NCBI GenBank assembly: GCA_947259975.1 | Contig: CAMYOD010000077.1 | Location: 8,473-72,472, forward strand | Length of the DNA: 64,000 nucleotides | Direction: 5' to 3' | DNA from: an uncultured Gammaproteobacteria bacterium | GTDB lineage: Bacteria; Pseudomonadota; Gammaproteobacteria; HyVt-429 | Translations under genes and position numbers: made by a program | The notes under the pieces: model-generated | The model's input: only the letters and a program-made list of their open reading frames with translations | The model's database searches: none | What the model was told of the DNA's origin: nothing | In this document: piece by piece, positions 16,047 to 31,130 of the stretch | Position numbering within the stretch: the first letter of the stretch is position 1 | Layout of the letters: the number at the start of each line of letters is the position of its first letter

Positions 16047-19000
16047 ATGCGCCTGAAGCATATCAAGCTCGCCGGCTTCAAGTCTTTCGTCGACCCTACT
16101 ATTGTCTCTGTCCCCAGCAACCTCATCGGGGTTGTCGGACCGAACGGTTGCGGCAAATCGAACATCATCGATGCCGTGCGCTGGGTCATGGGCGAGATGT
16201 CCGCCAAGAATCTGCGCGGCGAAAACATGGCGGATGTCATCTTCAGCGGATCCAATGCCCGCAAGCCGGTGGGCAAGGCCTTCGTCGAGCTGGTGTTCGA
16301 TAACAGTGAGGGCAAGGCGCCGGGACCCTACGCGCAATATGCCGAGATTGCCGTGCGCCGGGCAGTGTCCCGCGACGGTACCTCCGACTACCTCATCAAC
16401 AAAACCAAATGCCGGCGTAAGGACATTACCGACCTGTTTCTCGGCACCGGTCTGGGGCCGCGTTCCATTTCCGTCATCGAACAAGGTATGGTCACGCGTA
16501 TCATCGAAGGCAAACCCGATGACCTGCGCGCGTTCGTGGAAGAGGCGGCGGGCATTGCGCGCTACAAGGATCGTCGTCGCGACACCGAGAATCGCATTCG
16601 TCATACCCGCGAGAATCTCGAACGCGTCGAGGATATTCGTTCGGAACTCGAGTCGCAGTTACGGCGCTTGCATCGACAGTCACGGGCGGCGGCGCGTTTC
16701 AAGGAACTCAAGCAGGAAGAACGCATCATCCACGCGCAGTTGCTGGCCTTGCGCTGGAAAGATCTCGGCGCGCAGATCAACAATGAAGATGCCACACTTG
16801 CAAAACTCGAGAAGCAGCTCGAGGCGCAGCGTGCCGCGCAACGTGAGATCGAGACCCGCATCGAGGACTTGCGCCAGAAACGTACCGCGGGCACCGACCA
16901 TTTCAATACCGCGCAGGCGGCCTTCTACAGCATCGGTGCGGAGATCGCCAGCGTCGAGCAAGCCATCGAGCATGCCAAGGAAACTTATCAGCAACGTCTG
17001 CGTGAGCAGGGCGACCTGAGTAAGGCCCTAGCGCAGGCGAGCCAGCATCTGGAGGAGGACCAGACCCGCGTACAGGAACTCGACAACAACATCGTCGAGA
17101 CCGACACGCAGCTCGAAGAGCGCAGTCGCGAGGCGGAACGCACCGCGGCGCAGCGATCCGAGGTCGAGGCCAGTATGCAGCAGTGGCAGGAGGCCTGGAA
17201 TGAGTTTACCCATCGTTTCGCGCAGTCGGGCAAACAGAAGGATGTGCAGGACGCGCGCATTCAGCAGTTTGGTGAAACGGTTGCGCGCATCAAGGATCGG
17301 CAGGTTCGCTTGAACGAGGAATTCATGACCGTGGATCGTGAGCTCGCAGGCCTGGATGTCGCCGCCTTGCGTGACGAGGTGGGCAAGTTCGAACGCGCAT
17401 GCACGGTGGGTGAGTCCGCCATTACCGAGATCGAGGACAAGCTGCGCGCTACCCGCAAGGAGATCGACGAGGTTGCGGCGGTGCTGGAAGAGAGTGTTGG
17501 CAACAAGCAGGCCATCGACGGACGTCTCGGTTCGTTGCAGGAACTGCAGGCGGCATCCCGGGGCGAGCAAAATGAGGCCCTCGTCGGCTGGTTCAATGAC
17601 CGGGGGCTGGATCGTGCGCCGCGACTCACCGAGCAACTGACCGTCGCGGACGGTTGGGAGAAGGCGGTCGACCGCGTTCTGGGTACGGCCCTGGGCGCGG
17701 TGTGCGTGGACTCGGTGCAGGCAATGGTTGCCGATGTGGCGGCATTGGGTGGCGCGGACCTGTTTCTGGTCGAGCGGGGCGCGACCCACGCCGCTCCCGG
17801 CACATCGACGCGGCCGATGTTGCTCGACAAGGTGGGCGCCAATAGCGTCGACATGTCGACTCTGCTCGCCGATGTGTTTATCGCCGAGACTCTGGAGATG
17901 GCGATTTCGATGCGTCCTGGGCTGGACGGACGGGATGTGGTCGTGACCCGCGACGGCACACTGGTGGGCAAGAACTGGATCAGCCTGCTCGATCAGGAGG
18001 GTGCCAAGGCGGGCATGCTGGAACGCACCCGCGAAATCGAGCGCTTGACCGGAGAGTCGGGCGCGCTGGCCGAGGAAATCAGTGAGCTGCGCGCACGGCT
18101 GGAACGCAGCCAGGAGGTTCGCGATTCCCTCGAACTCGATCACAACGAAGAGCGCAAGCGGCTGGCGCAAGTCACCGAAGAGCGCGGTGCGGCGCAAAGC
18201 TTACTGGCGGGCGCGGAATCGCGCTCGGCCCAGTTTGAGTCACGTCGCGGACAGATCCAGGCGGAACTCGACGAATTGTTGCGCCACCTGGATCAGGATC
18301 AGCGCGATTTGGGAACGTCGCAGCAGTTGTTGCAGGCGGCGCAGTCCGATGTCGCGAACCTGGATGACGAGCGCGAGCGTCTGCAGGTGCAGCGCAATGA
18401 GCTGAGTCAGCGGCTCGACGAGGCGCGGCGTGCGGCAGGAGTAGCACGCGATGCGAAACATGCGCTGGAACTGCGGCGGCAGGAATTACAGACGGCGCTG
18501 GATTCGACCCGCGAAAGCCTCGGCCGGCTCGACGGGCAGATCAAGGGCCTGGCGACACGGCGCACCGAACTGGAACAGGCCCTGGCGCAGGGCACCAAGC
18601 CGGAAGAAGATTTAAAGTTACGCCTCGACGGGCTGCTGCAAAAGCGTGTCGATGCGGAGATGAATCTCGGCGGCGCGCGTGAAACGGTCACCAATCTCGA
18701 GGCGGAGATCGGCGACCAGGAGCAGCAGCGCGTGGGACGCGAGCAACAGGTCGAAGAAATTCGCGAGCTGGTCGAACAGGCCCGGGTGGCGCGCAAGGAG
18801 TTAAGCGTGCGCGGCGAGACGCTGGAAGAACAGATTCGCGAACTCAATGCGGATGTGCACGAGGTGTTGGCGGAGCTGCCGGAAGAGGCCAGCGAGGACG
18901 TTTGGCACGAGCAGCTGGAATCCATCGAACGTAAGATCACGCGCATCGGGCCGGTGAATCTGGTGGCGATCGAGGAATACGAAGAGCAGTCAGAGCGCAA

Positions 19001-19555
19001 AAAATACCTGGATCAGCAATTCGAAGACCTGTCCAAGGCGATGGCGATGCTCGAGGACGCCATCCGCAAGATCGATCGTGAGACCCGCACGCGTTTTAAG
19101 GAAACCTTCGATCGCATCAACACCGGGTTTCAGACATTCTTTCCGCAGTTGTTCGGCGGCGGCCACGCGACCCTGGAGCTGGTGGGTGACGATCTGTTGA
19201 ACGCCGGGGTGACGGTGATGGCGCGGCCGCCGGGTAAGCGTAACACGACGATTCATCTGTTATCCGGTGGCGAGAAGGCGTTGACCGCCATTTCCCTGAT
19301 GTTCGCCTTCTTCGATCTGAATCCGGCACCCTTTTGCCTGCTCGACGAGGTCGACGCGCCGCTCGACGATGCCAATGTGGAACGTTACTGCGATACCATC
19401 CGTAAGTTGGGTGAGAAATCGCAGATGATATTCATTACCCATAACAAGATCAGCATGGAGGCGGCCGACATTCTAATTGGTGTTACCATGTCCGAGCCCG
19501 GCGTTTCCGCTCTAGTACAGGTGGACGTGGGTCAGGCGGTCGAGCTCGCAGCGCA

Positions 19556-19559
<4 letters not shown>
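16047..19559 (+). CDS. smc: Chromosome partition protein Smc
   Basis: 1170 aa; N-terminal Walker A 'GPNGCGKSNIIDAVRWVMGE', long coiled coils, hinge, C-terminal 'LSGGEKALTAISLMFAFFDL…LLDEVDAPLD'. Confidence 0.95.
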
Positions 19560-23703
<4,144 letters not shown>

Positions 23704-23744
23704 TGGGTTTTCTCTCCAGGTGTGTGTAAGGCTGGGTCGCCTTG

Positions 23745-24014
23745 TTATAGTTCATCGGGCGTATAGGCCTTGATGCTCAATGCATGAATTTCACCGCGCA
23801 TTAGATCATCCAACGCCTGATAAATCATCCGGTGGCGGCTGATTTGATTCTCGCCGGCAAACCGAGCGGATACGATGGTCACGTCGAAATGGCCGCCGCC
23901 GCTCTTGGCGCCGGCGTGACCCGCATGCAGGTGGCTTTCGTCGACCACGTCCAGGCTTGCCGGGCTGAACGCCTCGCGCAGCCGGGCCGCGATGGTTTCG
24001 GCCCGGTCGTTCAC
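23745..24014 (-). CDS. bolA: BolA-family protein
   Basis: 89 aa; '[28 protein letters not shown]…[10 protein letters not shown]' is the BolA signature. Confidence 0.8.
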   Translation of the reverse strand: MNDRAETIAARLREAFSPASLDVVDESHLHAGHAGAKSGGGHFDVTIVSARFAGENQISRHRMIYQALDDLMRGEIHALSIKAYTPDEL

Positions 24015-24310
24015 GGCAGCACCTTCTTGAACGGCCGTACACTGACATCACGGTAGACGCCCGCTTGCACGTAGGGATCCGCCTGCGCCCATTCGGTGGC
24101 CTGTTCCAGGGAATCGAACTCCGCCACGATCAGACTGCCGGTAAAGCCGGCGTCCCCCGGATCGGCGGCGTCGAGCGCCGGAAAGGGGCCGGCCAGGATG
24201 AGGCGGGCCTCGTCGCGCAGTGCCGCGAGCCGCTGCAGATGCGCGGGACGCGCTTGTTTGCGCAGCTCCAGACTGGCGTCCGTGTCACGCCCGACGATGG
24301 CATACAGCAT
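24011..24310 (-). CDS. yciI: YciI-family protein
   Basis: 99 aa [25 protein letters not shown]…AGPF…[23 protein letters not shown]. Confidence 0.75.
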   Translation of the reverse strand: MLYAIVGRDTDASLELRKQARPAHLQRLAALRDEARLILAGPFPALDAADPGDAGFTGSLIVAEFDSLEQATEWAQADPYVQAGVYRDVSVRPFKKVLP

Positions 24311-24554
24311 TGGTGGTTATTCCCAGAATCGCGGTCAATTGGCGGCGGTAAATTAAATGGTAAATCGCGGCGTGCGCACGCGGCGTCGTATTCTCGCATT
24401 CCCGTGCGGTGAGAGCAATTCACCGGCGGCGGATCGGCGAGCGTATTTTGCCCGCTTGCCGTATGGCGTTGCACTCGCCCGCGACTTCGATTAGCGTCGG
24501 CGCCGGCACGGCACGATGTACAATGAAAGACTCGAACCCAGGCGCTGCAACGCA

Positions 24555-25385
24555 ATGAGCTTACGTTACGACCTGCACAGCCACAGCATACTCTCCGACG
24601 GCACCCTCGAGGTCGCGGAGCTGGTGACGCGCGCCCATGGTAATGGCGTGGACGCCCTGGCGTTGACCGATCACGACGTCACCGCGGGCCTCGATGAGGC
24701 GGTTGAGGTTGCCGCGGCACTGGGCATGACGCTGGTTCCCGGCGTGGAGATCTCCGTGACCTGGAACCATCGCACCGTCCACGTGGTCGGGCTGCATATC
24801 GATCACTGCAATGGGGCACTACAGTCCGGCCTGGAGACGCTGCGCTCGACGCGGGATGCCCGCGCCATCGAGATCGGGGCGCGCCTGGCGGCGCGAGGCA
24901 TAGAAGGCGCTCTGGAAGGCAGTCGGCGGTTGGCCAAGGGACCGATCATCAGCCGCACCCACTTCGCCCGTTTTCTGGTGGCGGCCGGCCATGCCAAGGA
25001 TCTGCGCCAGGCCTTCAAGCGCTACATGAGCGATCACGCCCCCGCGGCGGTGGCCGGTCAGTGGGCGACATTGGCGGAGGCGGTCGGCTGGATCACCGGC
25101 GCCGGCGGTCAGGCGGTGATCGCGCATCCGGGCCGGTATAAGTTGGGTCGCGACAAGCTCATGGGCCTGTGCGACGAATTTATTGCTTGCGGCGGCACCG
25201 GTATCGAGGTGGTCTGCGGTAGCCATGGACCGAAAGACTACACACGCTTCGCGCAAGTGGCACAGGAGACCGGCTTGCGGGCATCGGTGGGCTCGGATTA
25301 CCACGGTCCGGAACAGGTCTGGCTGGACCTGGGTAAACTGGCGCCACTGCCACCGGGCTGCACGCCCATCTGGGCGGACTGGTAG
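24555..25385 (+). CDS. yciV: PHP-domain 3',5'-nucleoside bisphosphate phosphatase / RNase AM (TrpH/YciV)
   Basis: 'LRYDLHSHSILSDGTLEVAELV…GVDALALTDHD' is the PHP metal-binding motif. It is followed by yciO as in enterobacteria. Confidence 0.8.
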   Translation: MSLRYDLHSHSILSDGTLEVAELVTRAHGNGVDALALTDHDVTAGLDEAVEVAAALGMTLVPGVEISVTWNHRTVHVVGLHIDHCNGALQSGLETLRSTRDARAIEIGARLAARGIEGALEGSRRLAKGPIISRTHFARFLVAAGHAKDLRQAFKRYMSDHAPAAVAGQWATLAEAVGWITGAGGQAVIAHPGRYKLGRDKLMGLCDEFIACGGTGIEVVCGSHGPKDYTRFAQVAQETGLRASVGSDYHGPEQVWLDLGKLAPLPPGCTPIWADW

Positions 25386-25397
25386 CGCGGCAGCATA

Positions 25398-26021
25398 ATG
25401 GCCCAGTATTTTCAGATTCACCCGGTCAACCCGCAGCTGCGTCTGATCAAGCGCGCCGCGGACATCATTCGTGACGGCGGCGTGATCGCGTATCCGACCG
25501 ACTCGAGTTATGCGTTGGGCTGTCATATCGGCGACAAACAGGCCCTGGAGCGAATCCGGCGTATTCGCCGGGTCGGCGACAGGCACAATTTCACCTTGAT
25601 GTGCCGCGACCTGTCCGAGCTGGCCTTGTATGCGAAGGTCAGTAACGAGATCTTTCGCCTGCTCAAGGCGCACACCCCCGGTTCCTATACCTTCATCCTC
25701 GAGGCCACCCGCGAGGTGCCGCGACGGTTGCAGAATCCCCGGCGCAAGACCATCGGGCTGCGGGTGCCGGACCATCCGATCACCCTGGCGCTGCTGGCGG
25801 AGTTAGGCGAGCCGATGATGAGTTCGACCTTGATTCTGCCCGGCGAGGACATGCCGGTGAGCGATCCTGAACAGGTGCGCGCACGCCTCGAGCATGATGT
25901 CGACGCGGTGGTCGATGCCGGGGCCTGTGGAGTCGAGCCCACGACGGTGGTGGATCTGGTCTCCGGCGTGCCGGTGGTGACGCGGCAGGGGCGCGGTGAT
26001 GCGGCACCCTTCGCGGCGTAA
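25398..26021 (+). CDS. yciO: YrdC/Sua5-domain protein (YciO-like threonylcarbamoyl-AMP synthase paralogue)
   Basis: 207 aa; 'AYPTDSSYALGC…NFTLMCRD' YrdC fold. It sits next to yciV. Confidence 0.8.
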   Translation: MAQYFQIHPVNPQLRLIKRAADIIRDGGVIAYPTDSSYALGCHIGDKQALERIRRIRRVGDRHNFTLMCRDLSELALYAKVSNEIFRLLKAHTPGSYTFILEATREVPRRLQNPRRKTIGLRVPDHPITLALLAELGEPMMSSTLILPGEDMPVSDPEQVRARLEHDVDAVVDAGACGVEPTTVVDLVSGVPVVTRQGRGDAAPFAA

Positions 26022-26074
26022 GGCCCGGCCTGGCGCCTCTGCCGAGGACCCCCTGGAACTGATATAATTCGCCG

Positions 26075-26725
26075 ATGCCGGAACTGACTCTCGTCCAGAA
26101 AATCGCCGTCTGGGTTTTGCCCGTCTTATTTGCCATCACCGTCCACGAAGTTGCCCACGGCTGGGCCGCAAAGCGGCTTGGCGACCCGACCGCCGACCGC
26201 CTCGGCCGGCTGACCCTGAATCCCATCAAGCACGTCGACCCCATGGGAACCGTGGTGCTGCCGTTGCTGCTGTTGGTGCTCTCGAGCCCGTTTATTTTCG
26301 GTTGGGCGAAGCCGGTGCCGGTGACCTGGCAGAATCTGCGCCATCCGAAACGGGACATGATCCTGGTCGCGGCGGCAGGACCGGGGGCCAATCTGTTGAT
26401 GGCGGCGGGCTGGGCGCTGGTGATCAAGCTGGCCGGCCTGTTTCCGGAATCGGTGGCCTTGCCGCTGATCTACATGGGCAGCGCCGGGATCCTGATTAAC
26501 GCGGTGTTGATGATCTTGAACATGCTGCCGATTCCGCCGCTCGACGGTGGCCGCGTATTGTCCGGCCTGTTGCCCGGGCCGCTGGCCTGGCAACTGAATC
26601 GCGTGGAACCCTATGGATTGATTATCTTGATCGTACTGCTCGCAACGGGCCTGCTCGGCAAGATTATGGGGCCGATATTCGGGGCATTCGTCGATGGATT
26701 GACGCGCCTGTTTGGGATTCGTTGA
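26075..26725 (+). CDS. Site-2 protease family (peptidase M50) membrane metalloprotease
   Basis: 216 aa; 'HEVAHG' zinc motif in TM1, multiple TM helices, 'NMLPIPPLDGG'. Confidence 0.75.
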   Translation: MPELTLVQKIAVWVLPVLFAITVHEVAHGWAAKRLGDPTADRLGRLTLNPIKHVDPMGTVVLPLLLLVLSSPFIFGWAKPVPVTWQNLRHPKRDMILVAAAGPGANLLMAAGWALVIKLAGLFPESVALPLIYMGSAGILINAVLMILNMLPIPPLDGGRVLSGLLPGPLAWQLNRVEPYGLIILIVLLATGLLGKIMGPIFGAFVDGLTRLFGIR

Positions 26726-26765
26726 GAGAACTTAAAGTGAAGATGCTTGCAGGGGTGGACCGCTG

Positions 26766-27980
26766 ATGGCGGCCGGTGGACAGGTACAACGTGTGCTTTC
26801 CGGAATGCGGCCGACGGGCGCGCTGCATCTGGGACACTATCATGGTGTACTCAAGAACTGGATTCAGTTACAGCACGAGTACGAGTGTTTCTTTTTTGTT
26901 GCCGACTGGCATGCGCTCACCACCCATTACAACGAGCCCCACGTCATCAAGGATCACGTCTGGGATATCGTGGTGGATTGGCTGGCCGCCGGTATCGATC
27001 CGGGCAACGCGACCCTGTTCTTGCAATCCATGGTGCCGGAACACGCAGAGCTGCATCTGCTGTTGTCCATGTTTACACCGCTGGGCTGGCTCGAGCGGGT
27101 GCCGAGCTACAAGGATCAACAGGACAAGTTGCAGGAACGGGACCTGGCGACCTACGGCTTTCTTGGCTACCCGTTGCTGCAGGGCGCCGATATCATGATC
27201 TATCGGGCCGATGCGGTGCCGGTGGGTGAGGACCAGGTGCCGCACGTGGAATTGACCCGCGAGATCGCGCGGCGCTTTAATTTTCTCTACGGGCGCGATG
27301 CGGGTTTCGAGGAAAAGGCCGAGAACGCCATCACCAAACTGGGCAAGAAGGCGGCCCGGCTGTATCGCGAGCGACGCACGGCTTATGTGGAGCGCGGCGA
27401 CCACGAGGCCCTGGAAAAGGCCCACGCCCTGCTGGAAGAACAGCAGAATCTCAGTATCGGTGATAAAGAGCGCCTCTATGGCTACCTGGAGGGCGGCGGG
27501 AAGCTTATACTGCGCGAGCCGGAGGCGTTGCTGACCGAGGCCTCCAAGGTACCGGGTCTGGACGGGCAGAAGATGTCGAAGTCGTATGGCAATACTATCG
27601 CGCTGCGCGACGATCCCAAGCGGGTGGAAAAGGAGTTGCGCGCCATGCCCACCGATCCGGCACGGGTGCGGCGCAACGACCCGGGCGATCCGGACAAGTG
27701 CCCGGTCTGGCAGTTGCATCAGATTTATACCGATGCGGACGTGCATACCTGGGTGCAAGAGGGCTGTCGCAGCGCCGGTATCGGTTGCGTGGAGTGTAAG
27801 CAGCCCTTGATCGAAAGGATTCTCGCGGAACAAAAAGAAATGCATGATCGCGCGGCGATATATATAGAGGACCCGACCCTGGTACGTAACATCATCGCCG
27901 ATGGCTGTGAACGGGCGCGGGACGTGGCGGAGGAGACGCTCGTCGAAGTGCGCCGCTGCATGGGGCTGGACTATTCCTGA
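26766..27980 (+). CDS. trpS: Tryptophan--tRNA ligase (long form)
   Basis: 404 aa; class I HIGH variant 'LHLGHYHG' and 'KMSKSYGN'. Confidence 0.9.
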   Translation: MAAGGQVQRVLSGMRPTGALHLGHYHGVLKNWIQLQHEYECFFFVADWHALTTHYNEPHVIKDHVWDIVVDWLAAGIDPGNATLFLQSMVPEHAELHLLLSMFTPLGWLERVPSYKDQQDKLQERDLATYGFLGYPLLQGADIMIYRADAVPVGEDQVPHVELTREIARRFNFLYGRDAGFEEKAENAITKLGKKAARLYRERRTAYVERGDHEALEKAHALLEEQQNLSIGDKERLYGYLEGGGKLILREPEALLTEASKVPGLDGQKMSKSYGNTIALRDDPKRVEKELRAMPTDPARVRRNDPGDPDKCPVWQLHQIYTDADVHTWVQEGCRSAGIGCVECKQPLIERILAEQKEMHDRAAIYIEDPTLVRNIIADGCERARDVAEETLVEVRRCMGLDYS

Positions 27981-28777
27981 TGGAAGCGCCACAGCAAAAA
28001 GAGATGCCCATTGCCGTGGTCAACGGCGAGGCCGTCGCCGAGCCGCCGCAGGATTTGTATATCCCGCCGGACGCCATGGAGGTGTTCCTGGAGAGCTTCG
28101 AGGGCCCGCTCGACCTCTTGCTCTATCTGATCCGCAAGCAGAATCTCGACATCCTCGACATCCCAGTCGCGGAGATCACGCGCCAGTATGTGGAGTACAT
28201 CGAACTGATGCGACTCGTAAAACTCGACCTGGCGGCGGAGTACATGGTGATGGCCGCGATCCTGGGCGAGATCAAATCGCGCATGTTGTTGCCACGGCCG
28301 GTAGAAGAGGGCGAGGAAGAGGACGATCCGCGCATGCAACTGGTGCGGCGGCTGCAGGAATACGAGCGCTACCGCAAGGCGGCGATGGATATGGAGACCT
28401 TGCCGCGGGTCGGGCGCGATGTCTTTGTCGCCGGCGCCTACGCTGACGCCGAAAAGGTGCCGCGACCGCAGCCGAAGGTCAATCTGATGGAGTTGTTCGA
28501 TGTATTTCGCGAAGTCCTCGCGCGCGCGGAAAAATTCCGCCATTGGCAGGTGGACCGCGAAACACTTTCCGTGCGCGAACGGATGACGCAGGTGTTGGCA
28601 CGCCTCGAAAGCAATGCTGATTTCGTGCGTTTCGAGTCCCTGTTCGATCCTACCGAGGGGCGTATGGGCGTGGTGGTGACCTTTATCGCGATCCTCGAAC
28701 TGATCAAGGATCAATTACTCACCTTGGTCCAGAGCGAGGCGTTCGCGCCGATTCATGTGAAGTTGACGACATCATGA
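27980..28777 (+). CDS. scpA: Segregation and condensation protein A
   Basis: 265 aa; 'FEGPLDLLLYLIRKQNLDILDIPVAEIT' is the ScpA N-terminal signature. It abuts trpS and scpB as in many genomes. Confidence 0.85.
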   Translation: MEAPQQKEMPIAVVNGEAVAEPPQDLYIPPDAMEVFLESFEGPLDLLLYLIRKQNLDILDIPVAEITRQYVEYIELMRLVKLDLAAEYMVMAAILGEIKSRMLLPRPVEEGEEEDDPRMQLVRRLQEYERYRKAAMDMETLPRVGRDVFVAGAYADAEKVPRPQPKVNLMELFDVFREVLARAEKFRHWQVDRETLSVRERMTQVLARLESNADFVRFESLFDPTEGRMGVVVTFIAILELIKDQLLTLVQSEAFAPIHVKLTTS

Positions 28778-29601
28778 CGGATGAGCAAAAGAAACTGAAG
28801 AATATCGTCGAGGCTGCTTTGTTAGTGGCCCAGGAGCCCTTGAGCGTCGATCGCCTGGTGGCGCTGTTTCCGAAGGACGCGCGTCCGGAACGGGCCGCGA
28901 TCCGTGAATTGATCGAGCAGCTCGTGACCGACTACGAAGGCCGCGGCATCGAACTCAAACGCATCGACACCGGCTACCGCTTTCAGTCCCGCGATGAGTA
29001 CCTGCCGTGGTTGAAGCATCTGTGGGAAGGGCGCCCGCCACGCTATTCCCGCGCGATGCTCGAAACCCTGGCCATCATCGCTTACCGGCAACCGGTCACC
29101 CGCGGTGAGATCGAGGAGATCCGTGGTGTGAGCGTCAGTTCCGATATTGTGCGCACCCTGATGGAGCGCGGCTGGGTACGGGAAGTGGGTTTTCGCGATG
29201 TGCCCGGACGCCCGGCCCTGCTGGGTACGGCACGGGAATTTCTGGAACATTTCAACCTCAAGAGCCTGAGCGAGTTACCCTCGCTTGCGGACATTCGTGA
29301 TCCCGGCGACATCGCCGCGGACTTGAATCTGAGTCTGAATTTCGATCAAGCGGACGCCGCTGAAGCGAGTACGGAAGACGAACAAGCGGCGACGGAAGGC
29401 GACGCGGCGGCGGTCGCCGCGGACCCGGCCGCGCCGGCGGAGACCGCAATGGATGAGGCAAGCACGACCGCGGCCGACGCAGACGCTGAAGCCGACACCG
29501 ATGCGGTAAGCGAGGCCGACACGGACGAGGTGTCCAGCGCGTCCGCCGACGAACCCAACGAGCACGAAAAAGTCGAGGTCGCCGCCGTCTCACATGAGTG
29601 A
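28774..29601 (+). CDS. scpB: Segregation and condensation protein B with an acidic repeat tail
   Basis: 275 aa; winged-helix core 'YRQPVTRGEIEEIRGV', then a D/E/A/T-rich C-terminal tail. Confidence 0.8.
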   Translation: MTDEQKKLKNIVEAALLVAQEPLSVDRLVALFPKDARPERAAIRELIEQLVTDYEGRGIELKRIDTGYRFQSRDEYLPWLKHLWEGRPPRYSRAMLETLAIIAYRQPVTRGEIEEIRGVSVSSDIVRTLMERGWVREVGFRDVPGRPALLGTAREFLEHFNLKSLSELPSLADIRDPGDIAADLNLSLNFDQADAAEASTEDEQAATEGDAAAVAADPAAPAETAMDEASTTAADADAEADTDAVSEADTDEVSSASADEPNEHEKVEVAAVSHE

Positions 29602-30409
29602 GAAGCTGCAGAAGGTGCTGGCCCGGGCCGGCATCGGATCGCGCCGCGAAATGGAACGTTGGATCGAGCAGGGCCGGATCACCGTCGATGGCCAGGCCGC
29701 GAGCATTGGCGCCCGTGTCACCGAAGGTCAACAGATCCGCGTCGACGGACGCCCACTCACCGCGCAGCGCACCCAGCCGGCACGTCGCCGCGTCATTGCC
29801 TACCACAAACCCGAGGGCGAGGTGTGTACCCGCAAGGATCCGGAGGGTCGGCCGACGGTCTTCGACGGTCTGCCGCGCATCAAACATGGGCGCTGGGTCG
29901 CGGTCGGGCGGCTCGACATCAATACCTCCGGGCTGCTGCTGTTTACCAACGACGGCGAACTGGCCAATCGTCTGATGCACCCCCGTCATGAGATCAAGCG
30001 CGAATACGCCGTGCGCGTGCTCGGCCAGGTATCGCAAGAGACGTTGGCACGTCTGCGCAGCGGCGTCATGCTGGACGACGGCCCGGCACAGTTCGACAAG
30101 ATTCGCGATGCCGGCGGCAGCGGCCGCAATCATTGGTATCACGTCACCCTGCATGAAGGTCGTAACCGGGAGGTGCGGCGCATGTGGGAGGCGGTGGGCG
30201 CGCAAGTCAGCCGGCTGATCCGCATTCGCTTCGGTGAACTGGCCTTGCCGCGCGCGCTGCGCGCCGGCCGTAGCATGGAGCTGGGCGAGAAGGACGTGAA
30301 CCGTTTCGCGACCCTGGCCGGACTGGGGCGCGCAACCCCGTCGCGACCGGGCGCTAACCGGCGCCGTCATGGCCGGGCTGCGGCGACGCGAAAGTCACGT
30401 CGTGCATGA
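29594..30409 (+). CDS. rluB: 23S rRNA pseudouridine synthase RluB
   Basis: 271 aa; S4 domain 'LQKVLARAGIGSRREMERWI', catalytic 'VGRLDINTSGLLLFTNDG', Arg-rich C-terminal tail. Confidence 0.85.
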   Translation: MSEKLQKVLARAGIGSRREMERWIEQGRITVDGQAASIGARVTEGQQIRVDGRPLTAQRTQPARRRVIAYHKPEGEVCTRKDPEGRPTVFDGLPRIKHGRWVAVGRLDINTSGLLLFTNDGELANRLMHPRHEIKREYAVRVLGQVSQETLARLRSGVMLDDGPAQFDKIRDAGGSGRNHWYHVTLHEGRNREVRRMWEAVGAQVSRLIRIRFGELALPRALRAGRSMELGEKDVNRFATLAGLGRATPSRPGANRRRHGRAAATRKSRRA

Positions 30410-31083
30410 ACCTGGCGCGGCGTCGCCTGCAAGGCATCTTCGATCGATTGTTGCGCGCGCATGGCCCGCAACAGTGGTGGCCCGGCGAGAGCGTGTTCGA
30501 GATCATGGTCGGCGCGGTGCTGACCCAGAACACCGCCTGGCGAAACGTCGCCCGCGCGATCGATAATCTGCGGCGTGCCGAGGCCTTGCATCCGGCGGCA
30601 CTGCTTGCGGTACATCCGCGCCGGCTCGCAACCTACCTGCAGCCGTCCGGCTACTTTAACGTCAAGGCAAAACGCGTACGCGCCATGACCCGGTGGCTGC
30701 TTGATGCGGGCGGTACTGCCGCGATCACGCGCTGGCCGACCGTGCGTCTGCGCGCGGCGTTGCTCGCGGTGCATGGCATCGGGCCGGAAACCGCCGATGA
30801 TATACTGCTGTATGCCTTCAATCGGCCGGTGTTTGTGATCGATGCGTATACGCGGCGCATTTTCTCACGTCTTGGATTGGTTTCCGGGCAGGAGGGTTAT
30901 GAGACATTGCGCGCGGCATTCGAAGCCGCACTGCCGCCGGACGCGGCCGTGTATAACGAATACCACGCACTGATCGTCGCGCACGGCAAGGACGTGTGCC
31001 GGGTGCGACCCTGTTGCGAGACCTGTGTGCTGCGGCGCGGTTGCCGGTATGCGCGTAGCGGCGCCCGATTGTCGGACAGCTGA
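30406..31083 (+). CDS. Endonuclease III-like (HhH-GPD) domain protein
   Basis: 225 aa; 'LTQNTAWRNVARAI…LLAVHGIGPETADDILLYAF' is the HhH-GPD motif. Confidence 0.7.
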   Translation: MNLARRRLQGIFDRLLRAHGPQQWWPGESVFEIMVGAVLTQNTAWRNVARAIDNLRRAEALHPAALLAVHPRRLATYLQPSGYFNVKAKRVRAMTRWLLDAGGTAAITRWPTVRLRAALLAVHGIGPETADDILLYAFNRPVFVIDAYTRRIFSRLGLVSGQEGYETLRAAFEAALPPDAAVYNEYHALIVAHGKDVCRVRPCCETCVLRRGCRYARSGARLSDS

Positions 31084-31130
31084 CACGTCATCAAACGCTA
31101 TGAACTGCAACATGAATCGCTGCGCCGTTT